Shown here: positions 36,224 through 50,204 of the stretch, piece by piece
How the letters are laid out: every line of letters begins with the position of its first letter
Position numbering within the stretch: position 1 is the stretch's first letter
Origin: Camelus ferus
Lineage: Eukaryota
Assembly: GCF_009834535.1 (NCBI RefSeq)
Contig: NC_045697.1
Coordinates: 4,590,001-4,654,000, forward strand
Reading direction: 5' to 3'
Length of the DNA: 64,000 bases
Translations under genes and position numbers: made by a program
Notes under the pieces: model-generated
Seen by the model: only the letters and a program-made list of their open reading frames with translations
Databases searched by the model: none
What the model was told of the DNA's origin: nothing

Positions 36224-39200
36224 GCAATTAACATGAAAGTGCCCGTGATGCTGCCGGCCCGGTTAGAAAGCTCTTCGCACACATCGGCTCGCTCCCTCGT
36301 CACAGCCAGCTCTGTGGAGGAGATGTTATTATCATATCTCCTCATGGACGTGGAAACAGAGAGGTTAGCTGACTTGCCCCAGATCACAGAGCTGGTGAGT
36401 GCAGGGCCGGGACTTGAACCTGGCAGCCTGTCTTCTCAGCCAAGCTCCTGATGGCTCCACAGCACACAGTGCTGAATGGGCCCTGAGAAATCCCTGATTC
36501 AGAGCTGGTCCAGGAGAAGCATCTTATGTCCTATGCCTCATTGAAGCTCGGGGTGCGGGGTTCCTTCTCTACCCACCTCCATTCCAGTGGCAATTCCATC
36601 CGGTGTGGGGCTTCCAGAGCCTGCTGGGCACCAGACTGTGTCCCACTCTTGCTCACAACACCCCTGCTTTGGCAGAGGGCGTCGTGCTTGGAACCTCTTC
36701 TCCTCTTTTGTTTCTTGTGGCAGAATTTTTGGGGTCTCCCATCTATGGGGGCTTCGTCTTGGATTTTCGTGATGACAGAAGTGACAGTGTGGTTTTCTTC
36801 TCTAATGTTGCCCTTTCCCTCTGTGCCTCACCCTCAGGCTCTGGCAGCATTTTTCTTAGTCATCATTTGCGTCCGTCTGGTCCCCAGCCCTCTGATGAAT
36901 GACCGTGGTGTCTCATTGTACTCTGAGCTGATAGCATCGCCTCGCCCTGGGCCTCTGCTTGGCTTGCAATGATTTACAGGCGACGGAGGCTGGACGTCTC
37001 TGGGTGACCTGTGCAAACCAAGACCTGGGCGACGAAGCTGAAGAGCTCAACAGTGAAACTGCCTCTGGGGCCTCAAGACTCAAGGTGGAAACAGAGGGAT
37101 TAAAAGCCTCCAACTTCCTCCTTGCACACTGGCCCACGTTGTTGGGGTTTTTTTTGTTTTTGAAAGATCACTCAGGTTTTTTGGTTACACTTTTCTGCAC
37201 GTTTTATTTTATTTTAGGTACATGCTAAAAATGTCTAGCGTTTGCAGCCCAGGCTGGCTGAGCAGGGCTGCGTGAACCAGGTCAACCCTCTCAGAGGCTC
37301 GTGGGCTCTGGCTTTCCCTTTGGACTGAACCTCTCTGGGGACAATGAGTGCTCTGCAGGAATCTGGGCTTCGTGGAGCAAGGCAGATCTGGATTCGAATG
37401 CTGGTTTTGCCACTTTCTAGCTGGGTGACTTTGAGCAAGTTACTTGACATCTCTGGGCCTCAGTTATTTCTTCTATAACATGAGGATTAGAATACAGAAA
37501 TGATAGGATTAGAGAATTTCATCCAAAAAACGTTGGGGGCTTCTGGTAGGATAGGCACCACGTGGGTGGTCTAGAAATCCTGGGTCCACTTTTTTTTGGC
37601 GAAACCGTTACTGAGGTCGGGTTAATTCTGTATTGAAGCAAGGGCCCTTTCAACATTTAAGAAAAGGCAGCTCTGGAATGCACCCTTCTCCGTCTGCATA
37701 CCAGACGTGTTTGGGCCCTGATGCCACATCCCTGAGCCTGTCTTCACTGTCAGCTTCAGCGACTTGTTCCGGCGTGTACCAGACCACCTTGTGTCCACAT
37801 TAAGCACGGGCTCCAGTCCTCTAAGCAGAAAAGGCTCCAAAACAAGACAGTTTTTATGAACATGCGGAATAATGGCTTTTTTGCCCTTGGGTGAGTCACA
37901 CTGCCCTAAAGCTGACTGGTTCTGTGTACTGGGGAAGGTGGGAAGAGGCTGTGGTGTGAGGGAGGCCAACACAGCACCTAGGCTCTGGCTGGGCACAGAG
38001 CCTGCTCCACACCTGCTCTGCAGGGGGCGGGACCCAGGTGACTCTGCTCCGCCCCCTTGTTGTTGGTTGGCCCATAGCCAGACGCCTGACCCACGCAGGC
38101 CAATCAGAATTCTTCTAGGAAATTTCACTCTGAAACTGATACCTGCCCCACAGTAACTTCAGGGGCTGTCAGTGTGTTGCATCCTTGTTGCAGTGAAGGA
38201 AGCCAGTGCAGAGTAAGAAAGAAAAAAGTCACTGCCAAGGAGACACAGAAAGGTGGTGAGAGCTCCCAGGCCGTGCTTGGGTCGCTGGTCACAGGTGTGT
38301 GTGTGGAAACCGCTCCGTCCTCAGGGATAGCTGCTCATCCTTCCCGTCAGTTCTGGGAGAGAGCCTTGCCGGAAAGTCCCATTTTTGCCTTAGCCACTTC
38401 AGCTTGGTTTCTGTCACAGGCAGATCATGTGTACAGATACACAACCTGGCATATCTCGGTAAAATGTGCAGTTTGGGGTGTAGTGTATTCCCAACAGGTG
38501 GGTAAAGACGGCCCAAAAGGAATATGCAGGAAGAAGAGAGAGGAGACTAACATGGATTGAGCTGCTGGAATGTTCCAGGGGCTGAAGTTACCCCTTTGTG
38601 TACATCTTCTTATGTGAGAGAAGAGTGAGTCCAGTAGGAGACATGTAGCTGCAAGCACTAGAACGTCGCCCCTCACTCTTCAAGGAGACAGAGCCACACG
38701 GCCTCAAGGCGGGTCTGGCATCTCAGTGATACCATCAACCACTCAGCTGCTTTCCATCCTCCGGATCCACTGTCTTCAGCTTGTTGGTTTTTCTTCCTGG
38801 TGGTTATTGCTTCATGATCACAAGGGGGCTGCTCCAGCTGCAGGCTTCACATCTGTGTCCCAAGAGGAAAGAGGAAGGCAAGCTTTTCTCAGATGCCTTC
38901 AGCAGACTTTGTTTCATACCTCATTAACCAGATCTTCCCATAAATGTGTCCCGTGGCCAGTTCCTACCTGAGAGTCAATTTCCACCTTCCAACCTCTAGG
39001 CTGGAAGATGACAAAAATAAAGGGACCGGGCAAAGCTGTGGATTGACCAACAACTTGTGTCTTTCTCTAGCAGTGTGAGCACACATAGTATGCTGTGTCT
39101 GGGAATGGTGGAAACTGGATGTGAGTGGACCTTAGAGGGTGAGGGAAATGATGGTAACAGGCAAGATGGGGAGAACCTGATGTGGTGATGGAGCCACTGA

Positions 39201-40130
39201 AGGTGCTTACACCAGGAAGACAAGTGTCAGGACCAGAGTTATAATCTAGAAAGATCACCCTGGCCATTACCTGGAGGGTGGCTTGGAGGGGAGTTGGACT
39301 GGGAGCTAGTTAGAGGCGTTTGCAGTGCCCACCCTGAGAACTGAAGATAAAATTTACAGGTGTAGAATTTAGAGCAACTCCTTTCTGAGCTACTTATTGG
39401 ATCAAGGAATTGACTAGACCGATACATGAGACTAAACTAAAACTCTTGAAAAATTTAGAAGAATTTATCTTAGTGGAAAAATAGACTATAACATGGCACC
39501 TACATCTGATTTTTCATGTGATGGAAGTGGCTTTTCTTTGCATTTCTGTGTGCATGAGCAAATTCCAGGCCACCTTAAGTTCCTGACTCAGCCACTTAAA
39601 ACAAGCTTGAGGTTCCACCCATGGGAGAGCAACACCAGAGAGGAGGTCATTAAGTACTTCCGGCAAGCAAAGAATGAGAAGTGTCACTGTGCATGTTCCT
39701 GCATAAAGACCTGCTGGCTTTGTTATGTACCTCTTGAAAAATTCAAATTATAAAAATTAATTTCAAGTGATGTATGCTTATGACAAAAAATATATAAAAT
39801 AGAAAAAAGCTGTTAAGGAGAAAACATCAAAAACCGTACAAACAAAATCACTGCTGCTGTTTTGGCCCATGTCCGTTTTCATCCCTGTGGGTAAATTTGC
39901 TGACATCGTTTTCATAAACATCACTTCTTACAGTTATACAACACAAAACTTCCTTGACCCCTGTTGTTTAACCTTTGAGTGGCTTCCTTTTTTTCCCTAA
40001 TAAATAATGTGCTGATTATTAGTGAGTATACATTTTTGTCTTCATAGAAGACTGTTTCTTGGAGATGAATTCTCAGAAACGGAATTACCATCTCAAAGGG
40101 AATAAACATTTTTAAAGTCAGTGGTACCTA

Positions 40131-40200
40131 TTGCTGATTCAGAAATTCAAACTTCTGATACAAGTTGCTGATTCAGAAATTCAAACTTCTGATACAAGTT
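40131..40200. repeat. Perfect 34-bp tandem duplication
   Basis: TTGCTGATTCAGAAATTCAAACTTCTGATACAAG at 40131-40164 and 40165-40198. Confidence 0.97.
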
Positions 40201-40780
40201 CACTTAAAGACAGACAGTGCAGTGAGGAAGCCTGCCTTCTGTATACTCTCCCTTGGCAGTGGGTTTGGTCATTACATCTGTGGACGATTTATTGCCTTCT
40301 TTCTAAAAAGGATCAATACACCTAGAAGCCCCGGGGTAATGAGATTCAGGGAGGCCTCAACTCATGAAGGAATCCATCAATTAGGCTGGGATGCGAAGAA
40401 CAGTGAAAGTGAAAATGGCCCCAATGAATCTTGATATTGAAACACAGATTAGAGCATTTGCAGGGGGAGAGCATTTTATTTTTATCTGTATTTTTTTGTA
40501 TCCCATGCAACTGCAAAGCTCGTGGAAATTGAAGAGAGGTTCATCTGTTTCATGGTATGTTCTTTCCACATTACATGCTAGCACACTGACCTTCACAACC
40601 CCGACTCCAAATTTATTTCAAGAATACTCATTGCACATCTGCCACGCTCCAGGACCAGTGCAGGGCGCTGGGGATGTGGTTCAGCCCCTAGTTGCTGGGG
40701 TCTGAGTCTCCATTGTTTGCCCAGGCTTAGATGCTAACTCTGCCATTTGCTAAAGCCTCTGCCAGGTACCTCCGTCACAC

Positions 40781-41384
40781 TGAGACAGGAGGGAAGGGGG
40801 CAGGGCATAGCCTTTAAACGAATGACGCAGCAAGTGAGGATACAACATAAACTCGTTAAAACCACCTCAGCCCAAGATGGGGGAAAAATTCAACTTCCAA
40901 TGGACCTTGAGGCCCAAGGTGGCAGAAGATGTGACTCCAGGTAGACCTTGAGCCTCGTTATATGCTCATTATAACGTACTGGCATGCTATTGGCACTCCT
41001 ACAGGCACCATGACAGTTTCAAGGCTGACCATAAAAGGTCAAAAAGTGTGTGGGGCCCAATTCCTGGGAATCCCCACCCCTTCCCCAAAGTCGTTGGAAG
41101 AATCCTCCCACTTGTTAGCCCATGAAATAACCACACCCAAAAAAACTAACAGCCTCGTACGTATCTATCCCTCTCCCTCTCCCTCTGTCTCCCCTTTTGA
41201 GACACCTGCACTCTGTCTATGGAGTGAACATCTCCCTGTAATGCATCTACTCTCACTCTACTTCAGCTCGCTCTTGAATTCTTCCCTGCAAGAAGCCAAG
41301 GACCCTCACTTGGCAGGGCGCATCCCAGGGGCTCACGCAAGCCCTGGGGCACCACCATCCCCTCATGCCCCAGTTTCTGCAACA
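40781..41384 (+). mobile_element. ERV1-type solo LTR inserted in a MIR
   Basis: TGAGACAGGAGGGAAGGGGGCAGGGC...CAGTTTCTGCAACA; U5-like CTCGCTCTTGAATTCTTCCCTGCAAGAAGCCAAGGACCC; MIR sequence resumes downstream. Confidence 0.75.
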
Positions 41385-42149
41385 ACGTTAGCCCTGTGGT
41401 GGGTATTATTAGTTTTTACTGATGGGAAAACAGAGAGTGATTAAATATCTTGCCCAAGATCACAGAGGAAGTAAGTTATAACTCCCTTACACTTTATCAT
41501 CTTGACTGTTTATTAAAAAACCAGGCATGATTCTTTGAAATTAATTTGGAGAAGCTGCTTAAAATGCTTAATACACTGATTCTGGCTTATTTTATTTGCA
41601 TCGTCTATTTACTGTAGTTATTAAAACATCCTGTTCATTCCTGTTCATTCTCTCTTATCACTTTTGCAGAATTGTTATTTGTCTCTCATTCATTCATTCT
41701 CTTATGCCTCCACTCTCCCCAAACACACACACACAGTGGGGTGCTGGAGATGGCTCCTCCTGGCTGGCCAGAGCTGCTCGTGAACATCCTAGTAGCTCCT
41801 CAGTGACATCCCACTGGTGGCTTGAAATCAGTCATGACGGGAATATTTACACCACAGGAACTGACAAATGTAAAAATCAGGTCTGTTTTTCTGAGACCCA
41901 CTTAACTTGTACCAGCTCATCACTGTGGTTCTCCTCCAGACAAAGCTGGGCCTTTCTCCATCTTCTCCCACCATTCTAATGAAACCGTGAGACAGGAGGG
42001 GCAGTGGGAACCAGACTCAGCCTATCTGAAGAGAGGCTTCTCTGTGAGTGGACACTGTGCCTGGCTTTAAATGCTGTGTGAAATATCCCTTCAATGGCTT
42101 ACACACATTCTAGCAAGTCTCATTGTTACTCCACTCAAGGATGAATTTC

Positions 42150-43185
42150 TGTGATATAGTGATTTAATAAGAAATGTGTATTTGATCTCCATCCATTGTT
42201 CCAGGCACAGAGCTCCTAAAATTCTTGGAATTTCCTAACTGTTGAGATAAAGATGGCTTTGTTACGTTAATGAGATGATTTTGGGGAAACCCCTGGGTAA
42301 CCTAAAAGGAGGTGGGGATTGGTTGCCAGGGGAAACAACCACGTGATTAGAGGTTGGAACTTTCAGTCCCACCCCAGAGATCTGGGGAGGGGAGAAGGAC
42401 CAGACAGAGACTTGGTTCCATTACCAGTGGCCAATGAGTTAATCAAACATGCCTATAAAATGAAGCCTGTTAAAAAACAAAATTCAACTGAGTGAAGTTA
42501 AAGATCTAATTGGCTTTATTCAGGAATTCATGAATCAGGCAACAGCCCATCTAGCAAGCAGAAACGAGCTCCGAGCAGCTGTACAGAGCAGGAAGGCTTC
42601 CACAGACAGAGGGCGCGGGACAGGGAAGAAGTGGGCTTCCTCCTCTTCTGCAGGGGGTGAAGAGGTCTGTCGGGGGGTTAGCTCGCTGCTGTGGACCAGG
42701 AAACTCCAGACTAACTGCATTCCTGGGGAAGCTGAAGCTGTGCTTAGACTACGTATTGGTTTGCTGATGTGGGGCTTAGCACAAGTGACTCCATTTGAGG
42801 CCTGTTGTTTCTTTTTAATAAGTCTTTATTAAAAAAAAAAAAAGATGAGTTCACAGAGTTTCCGAGTTGGTGAACCAGAACTCATCCATGTGCCTAGAGG
42901 GTGGTGCTCTGGGGACCCTTCTGGACCTCTCCTTGGGCACCTCATCTGTATCCTCTACAATACCCTTTATAATAAGCTGGTAAACATAAGCAAATGTTTC
43001 TCTGAGTTCTGTGAGCCTCTCTGGCAAACAAATCAAACCTAAGGGGAGGGACATAGGAACCTCCAATTTGTAGCCAATTGGTCAGAAGCACAGGTAACAG
43101 CACAGACTTGCAATTGGCATATGAAGTGCGGAGCACCCAGTCAGCGCCTGCTGAGAACTGGAGAATTACTTGGTGGAGAAATTCG
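42150..43185 (+). mobile_element. MER21-like LTR interrupted by a nested LTR
   Basis: TGTGATATAGTGATTTAATAAGAAATGTGTATTTG start; CCTTTATAATAAGCTGGTAAACATAAGCAAATGTTTCTCTGAGTTCTGTGAG. Confidence 0.8.
42468..42820 (-). mobile_element. Nested ~350-bp solo LTR inside MER21
   Basis: Inverted termini TGTTAAAAA...TTTTTAA(T)A; flanks AGCC (42464-42467) and AGTC (42821-42824); minus-strand AATAAA near 42516. Confidence 0.7.
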
Positions 43186-43454
43186 ATTGGAATTTCCCGA
43201 TAGTCAGAGCTGTCCAGTGAAACAGACTTCTCTGGCACAGAGGTGAGATCTCCATGAAAGAATGTATCCAAGAAAAGTCTGAGCAAAATCTGTCCCAGGT
43301 GCTTGAGGGAAATGGGGTTTTGGCTTTGAGAAAGGCCAGAAAATTCCACAAACTCAGAAGGCATAATAGAGGAAAGAGACACAGCAGCTCTGGTGTAACA
43401 TCTGTCAGAGAAATAGGGACATGGTATCGTTTTCAAGTTCAATAAGGAGGCACC

Positions 43455-43531
43455 AAAAAAAAAAAAAAAAGGAAGAAAGAAAAGAAGCAAGCAAGAAAGG
43501 AAATAAGCAAGAAAAGAAAGAAAGAGAGAAA

Positions 43532-43619
<88 letters not shown>

Positions 43620-43695
43620 AGGAGGGAGGAAAGGAAGGAAGGAAAGGAAGGAAGGAAAGGAAGGAAGGAAGGAAGGAAGGGAGGAATGAAGGGAA
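43455..43695. repeat. Poly(A) + (GAAA)n + (GGAA)n compound polypurine microsatellite
   Basis: Directly visible, about 240 bp almost purely purine. Confidence 0.97.
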
Positions 43696-46029
43696 ATGTG
43701 AGCAGCTTGAGGGAAGAGACTTTGTTTCATTTCTCCCTGACACCAAAACACCAGCACTGGGCACGTGGAAGGCTCTAGGTGGATGCTGGCAGGGGATGAG
43801 ATAGAGAAGTTATCAGTTAGGGGTCTGGGAAGCTCGTCCAAGCTCAAATTTATTGATCAAGCTGGGTGATTACGGTGGGGTCACTTTCTGTCCGGAGGTC
43901 TGCTGCTTCACCTAATTATACAAGGACTTATTTTAGATGACTTCTTAAGAATAACTAGTATTCTAATTAAAACACCATGATTCACACCAAGCCTGTTTAT
44001 AGCATAAGGTGGATAACAAACAGACATCATTTAAATAGAAAAATTAGTGGCCAGATGGAGCAGGTTGAGAAGATCCTTAAATTTTGAAGACTTTTGTTTG
44101 AAAAAACAAATCATGCATTTTACATTTGATTCCCTTTACCTGCAAGAAAATGCTGCATATTCCCTGAGGAAATATGTTGGAACCGGATTGCATTCATGAG
44201 AATCACATTAAGTTGATCCACATTTAATCTGTGCTTTGTCAGCATCCGCCCAGTTCAGCAGCAATTTCTCATCTGCTTGGGCCATTTCACATGCCTTTCT
44301 CTCTGGGTCCTGGAGTCTGATAGGTTTTGTTTAAAATCCCAACCCCACCACATACCTGCTGCAGGATCTTGGGTGAATTTCTCTCTAAGCCTCTCAATGT
44401 CCTTCACTGTAAATGGGGATTCAGTGTGGCGGTACCTGTCAAGGGCTCTGGGCAGTAGCTGACACATAGTAGGTGTGGTCCAGGATTTCTCTCCTTGTAA
44501 CTCTTGGATGGATATCAGGTTTTGCAGCTGCTGGTCCTCCCAACTGGAGCACTGGGCTCCCCTGGACAGATGCCCCCACAAAGTCCTCCTCACCTCTGCT
44601 TCCCTAGAATCCTTTCTCCATGGTCCTGATTGGCCAGTGGAGTCCAAGGGTCATTCTATCCTGTCCTGTAAGTTCCTGAGATCACAAACTTTGCATTTAT
44701 GGAAGTCCAGAGCACTCAGCCCACTGTCCAGCATGTCCAGGGGGCCAAGCATCTTCTTACTTGTCCAAGCTGGACTTCACACTCAGATGAGAGATACATG
44801 AGAAAGGAAACGATTTCTGGCCCAGGAACTACTCCTGATTGACTGTTGGTGGAATGGAAGCTCCTATTCCCCAAACACCAAGAGGAGAATGGAGTTGAAA
44901 GGAGAATCCACTGAATGTGCCCATCAGTACCAGGAGCACTTGCCCTCTAGGACCTACACATTTATTCCACCTCTAGGCACCTAACATTGCTTATGTGACC
45001 AAGGCAAGTTGCATTTGACGTGCAAGGAGTTTGTGTGGCTGCTGTGTGAAGTGGAAGGCTTTGAAGTTCAAGAGACAAGATAAAAGAGGCGGGCATGGCT
45101 GGACATTCCAGTGTCCTGGAAGTCTTTCTAAGGAGCTTGGCTTTATCCTAAGAGCAGAGAAAGACAGAGAAGAAGCAAGGAAGTGATGCGATCAACTTTC
45201 TAGTAATCTGGCTGCTGTGTAGAGTGGATTGGGGTGGGGCAGCAGGGAGCCTGGTTAGGAAGCTGTTGTACTGGTCCAGGAGAGAGATGGTGGTGGTCTG
45301 GGCTGGGGGAATGGCAGCACACAGGAAAGAGAGGAAACAGAGATACCAGGTCTGTTCTTCCCAGGTGTTTTTTATCTGTGAAGTAGGTCAGTCCAACACT
45401 GCTTTGATTTACAGATCAGAGTGAGAGAAAGGGCAGTGACAAGGTGTCCCCAAGTCTGACCTTCTCATCTCCTCTACACATCCCCCGAAAAAGGCTGCGT
45501 GACCTCCGGTGTTAGTGAATGGTGTCAAGGCCAGTCACGTCTGTGTTGGCCCCTCCTGTCAGAATGCATTCTCTCATTGATGAGCTCTTGTCTTCACAAA
45601 GGTCTGGAACTAAATAGGGCATGGACTAGTGTCCCCATTTTTGCCCTCATTTTCTTATACCCAAGGGCTTCCCTTCTCCCTGTCATGTGGTTGTCTCGCT
45701 GCCTGGGATCTCCGCCATTATCTGCTCACACATTTGCTTCCCCCAATGGACTAGGAGGTGAAGCGGCAGCCTAGTCCTCTCCAACTCCCTCGGGCACATG
45801 AATGCCTGCTGTAGTTTTACAGAATTGTCAGTTCTAAGATTGGAAGGGACCTTAGGGTCCACTGGTTATGCATTCCTCCAAATGCAGGGGTCCTCTCTGA
45901 TTATCCCCACATCTGCAGTGCAGTGAGCACACTGCTGCCTCCAAGAGGCTGTCTGGATGTCTCAGTCTGATCACCTTCTTGATTCCTTTCTGTGACTCTC
46001 CGCGGCCACTGTGATTTCTGTGAAGGCAG

Positions 46030-46205
46030 CATTCCATTCTGTCTGACATTAGTTTACTGGCCTGTTTTACTCACTCAACTGTGAGGCCTTTGAGGACAAG
46101 GATGCTCATGTTCTGTTCATCTCAGCATACCCCATAGCCTTGAACACAGCACCTGGCATAGAGCAGGTACTTGATAATGAACAAATGAGTTAATGAATGA
46201 GTGAG
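46030..46205 (+). mobile_element. L2 3' end
   Basis: AACTGTGAGGCCTTTGAGGACAAGG...CACAGCACCTGGCATAGAGCAGGTACTTGATAA...AATGAATGA. Confidence 0.75.
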
Positions 46206-47149
46206 ATAGTGGTTAGCTCTTAGCTCTCATTGTTAGAAAGTTCTTCTTCGCCCTCAGCCTAAACATGCCTCCTGCTGACCACCACTTTCTGAGCTGAAGT
46301 CCATTCATTGACTCCACACAGGATCACACTCTCCTCTTCCCCATGGTGGCTTCTTACCTGGTAGAACCACAGCAACCTGCTTTACATTCTCCAGACATAT
46401 CAACCTGTTCCTGCCAAGCTGGTTCTCACCTTAAGCATGTTGCACACACATTTGCCCCTTCTGCCAGGGACACCTGATTCCCATTTCTTTCCATGGCTGG
46501 ACATTCCTTGTACTTTGGGTCTTAGCTCAAATATCAGCTTCTCAGAAAGGCAATTTCTAACCACTCAATCTAGAGTAACTCCCCCTGCCCCCTCACTTTT
46601 TTATTTCTCTGCCCTGAATTCTGGGTGATTTCCTCCAATTCATCTTCCAGTTCACTAAATCTCTCTAGCTCTGTGTCTAACCTACTGTTTAATCTGCTGA
46701 TTGAGGTCCTATATCAGTTACTCTACTTTTCATTCATATAATATATACGTGAATATTGGAAGCATTCTTATTTTAAAATCTGTCTTAGAAATCCTATTAC
46801 ATGTAATGTCCCACAGGGATTTCTTCAATTTATTGTATTGGCTGATCATTTCCCAGGAGTTGAGTATCTTTGTAATTGTTGTAATTTTTAAGATGTAACT
46901 CTCTTAGGAATTATCGTCTATGAGTGACCCACATGGATTATGGAGGTGACCCCACCATGCTTATGAATCCTGGAAGGGTTGTTGCATTAATTCCTTGATG
47001 AATGCAAGATCAAGGCAAAGATTTGGGCCAACCTCATGCATGATGTAGGCAAGAGATGATGATTTCTTGTGTTTGGTACCACTCACCTGCTTCCAGTGAC
47101 GTTGACTTTACTTGTCTGCTTTGTCTTCAGACTGGAGCATCACCCAATG

Positions 47150-47365
47150 CAGTGGTACCCAATGCCAGGTGCTGCATGCATGAACTTAATGTATAAGAAC
47201 CACCCAGTTTAATGCATGAATATGGGACTCATTGAAAATACAGATTTCTGACATATACCTCCTGGGTACTGATTCCATAATTCTGGGGTTGAGCCTTGAA
47301 ATCTGAATTCCTCTACAGCTATCCATGTGACTGTGATGTGCAGGGAAACTTAGGTACCAGTCAGC
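47150..47365. mobile_element. MER5-like hAT DNA transposon relic
   Basis: CAGTGGTACCCAA...AAAATACAGATTTCTGAC...GATTCCATAATTCTGGGGTTGAGCC. Confidence 0.55.
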
Positions 47366-50204
47366 CTATAAGCTTTCAGGATTGGAACTGGATTTATTTT
47401 TGTCTTGTTTATTTCCTTCAAATAAAAAGATTAAAAGCAGCTTACAGGATATGTGTAAATACATTTTGAAAAGCAGACCTAAAAACCACTTACACAAATA
47501 AATAACCTAAGCAAGTGAGATCTGACTTTATTTACCCCAAGCCTGGAGACACACAGGGTAGCACTCTGTTGGTGTCCTTACCAGCATCCTTACCCTGAAT
47601 GTGGCTGTGAGCGACGTGAGCCTTTGTTACCCATCTCAGGAGACCCTCAGCTTTAAAAGCCCAGCTCAGTGAAATCAATTATGGGAGCAACAGTGGAACT
47701 GCAAAGAGATGCTGCTCTTCAGTGGGGTTTTAGTGTTTCTGGGGTCCCGTCAGTAGACTGTCAGATTGCCCAAACACACTTACTGATCTGGCAACATCCC
47801 TGAAAGCTCCTCTTGACAGACTGATCTGCCTTGCTGAGCCCTCCCAGCTCATGTTCTCTTGCACCTCTTGGCTTCTGCCCAAGCCAAGCAGTCTTCTGTT
47901 TCCTCTGCCCAGAAGACTCCTGTTCATCCCCAAGGCGCCACTCACATATCACCACCTCCAGGCAGTCCTCCTCCTCCGCCTCCTTCATTTCCTTCCTTCC
48001 TTTTGTCCTTCACTAGTTAAGCCCTTATGTCTCAGCATTGCACTACAGCCCCCCAGTGTCTGTTCATCTCAGCATCTGCCGTACTTGAGACCTTCACAGC
48101 CCCTGTGTCCCCCTCCCTTGTCTAGTCTGTCTGCACTGGCTGCTTGTGCTCCCTTCCTGTCTCCACAGGACCTTTGCACAGGCTGTGTCAGTCTTCTGCC
48201 TGAAACGCTTCTCCACCCTCACGTTCTTTCTGTCCCCCAACTTGATTGTTCCTCCATCTCCACCTGCCGTTGTCTCATTCTGCCATTCTTCACATCTGGG
48301 ACCTAACATTTCTTTCGTGATCCCTAGGTTACCCTCTGTCTCTTTGACCACACAAGGGCTAGCACCCTTTGAGAGTCTCATGAAAACTAGAAACCCTTTC
48401 TGTACAAATACACACGAATGCTTCTTCACCTAAAACTCCCATATTGTTTTAAGGTTCAAAACCACCCCACATAAAGAGGCATTGTTCATTAAAATTCCAA
48501 GCTAAGATTCTTTCCCAGAGACAGCAGCTGGTGAACTGTGTACAGATCTCATGACTGAAGCCCACGACATATAGAGATGGAAGGGGGCCTCCCTGCATCT
48601 TAAAGGCTTGTGTGTTCAGATGTGTGGCTTCATGTAGATGCCATGCTGGTTGATAGGATCTCTTTAAGAACTCATCTCCTTGTTTTTCTGTGGCAGAAAA
48701 GAAGACAGCACAGAGCCAAGCACAGCAAGCTGGAAAACAGTCGCACCCCTCCCACCCGACCAGTGGAGCAGAGGTGGCCCCGTGACTCGTGATGCCTTCC
48801 AGGAAGCTGAGCTACCAGCCAAATGATCACCTTCCTATTTCAAGTCACTCTTGAGAACGTCTCTACTCTGTGTGATACCAACCAGGGGGACAAGAGAGAT
48901 GGCCGTTTAACTGTCAGAAGCCCGTCTGTATTGGCACAGGCTGGTGGCAGGAGCCTAGAGCTGGAGTCCCACAATCCTGGCTGGCTCGGCCACCCCTACG
49001 CTGTGTCCCTGTGCATTACTAACCTTTTTCGAACTCCCACTTCTTCATCTGTCTGAGGGGCCTAACACCTTCTTGACAGCTTTGTTCTGATGACCAAATG
49101 AGCTAGTGGCTGCTCTGAACGCCAAGATGCCTCCCACGGGTCAGGGATCATTGTTGTTTGTAAAATGTGATCCCGTCTCCTTTCGCTCACCGTCTCTCAG
49201 GGGTGCACTCCGCCGGAAGGACCCATCACACTTCAGCTCTACGCAGCTGCCACCCAAGATGGGTGAGGTGGGTGGGGCCTGGCAGAACAATGGCTTAAAT
49301 GAGGCCTTGATGTTACAGAGCTCGCCCCTGCAAAAAGTTGTGCATTTCCTTTTCCTAAAGAGAATCTAGAGAGGATTTCTCTAGATTCTCAAATGCGATT
49401 GGGACCCCCAGGGGTCAAGCACCTTGAGTCTAGGGAGAAAGGACCTTATTAAGGAACTGGAGACCCAGCTGCTCCTCCTACTGGTCAGTGACTTTGAGGC
49501 CATCCTTTGACCTCTCCAGGCCTCGGTTCCTCATTTTCAAAATGGGTGCAACCACGTGCCCACCAGTGCTCCTCCCAGCTCGGACATCTGGTGAGTCTGC
49601 AGCCCCTCCCTGCATGGCCTCATCCATCAGAGGAGGCTCTTCCTGATGCAGCGAACATTGGCTGGGTTCCTACTGTGTGCCAGGGTCTGGTCAGCTGGGA
49701 AGGTCCCAAACTCAGCCTCCTTGCTTCCAGAGTAAGTGGAGAACTCTTCTTTTCTGAATATAAGTCAGTTCAGGCAACTGTGTCCGCGGATTTCCAACCC
49801 CCCACAAACAACCAAAGCACCCCAAATTGCCGGAAGTACTCCCTCCCTGTTCCTGCTCGTCTTGCCCAGCAGGGAAAGAGCATCGTGGTCCAGCCGCTCC
49901 GCTCAGACTGAGAGGGTTTGCTCCTTCTCAAAATACTTCCTTGTCCACTGCAGGGCTGCAAGGCCATCTCACTCGGGCAGCCAAGGGGCTAACGGGGACA
50001 CCTGAAGTCAAAGCATCCCCGAGAAAGGCAGGATGAAAAGCAGGCTGCGCCTGGTGCCACCCAGTGAGCCGTGTTCTTCCTTGCTGGGAGGCAGCGGTTG
50101 ATGGCAAGAAAGCAGCTGGTGGATAGGGTCTGCCCTGAGGTCTGGGACTCAGGCTGGGCTCACCCGGCCCCATGACCCACGGGATTGACCCCAGAGAGGG
50201 CCTA

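Noticed and set aside
40131..40200. 34-bp direct repeats as a CRISPR-like array
   Set aside because: Two adjacent copies with no spacer in mammalian DNA; simple tandem duplication.
42942..43847. Longest ORF in the track (301 aa, minus strand) and overlapping 119/127 aa ORFs
   Set aside because: Open only because they cross the stop-free (GAAA)n/(GGAA)n microsatellite and LTR sequence; SFFL/KKER repeats are artefacts.
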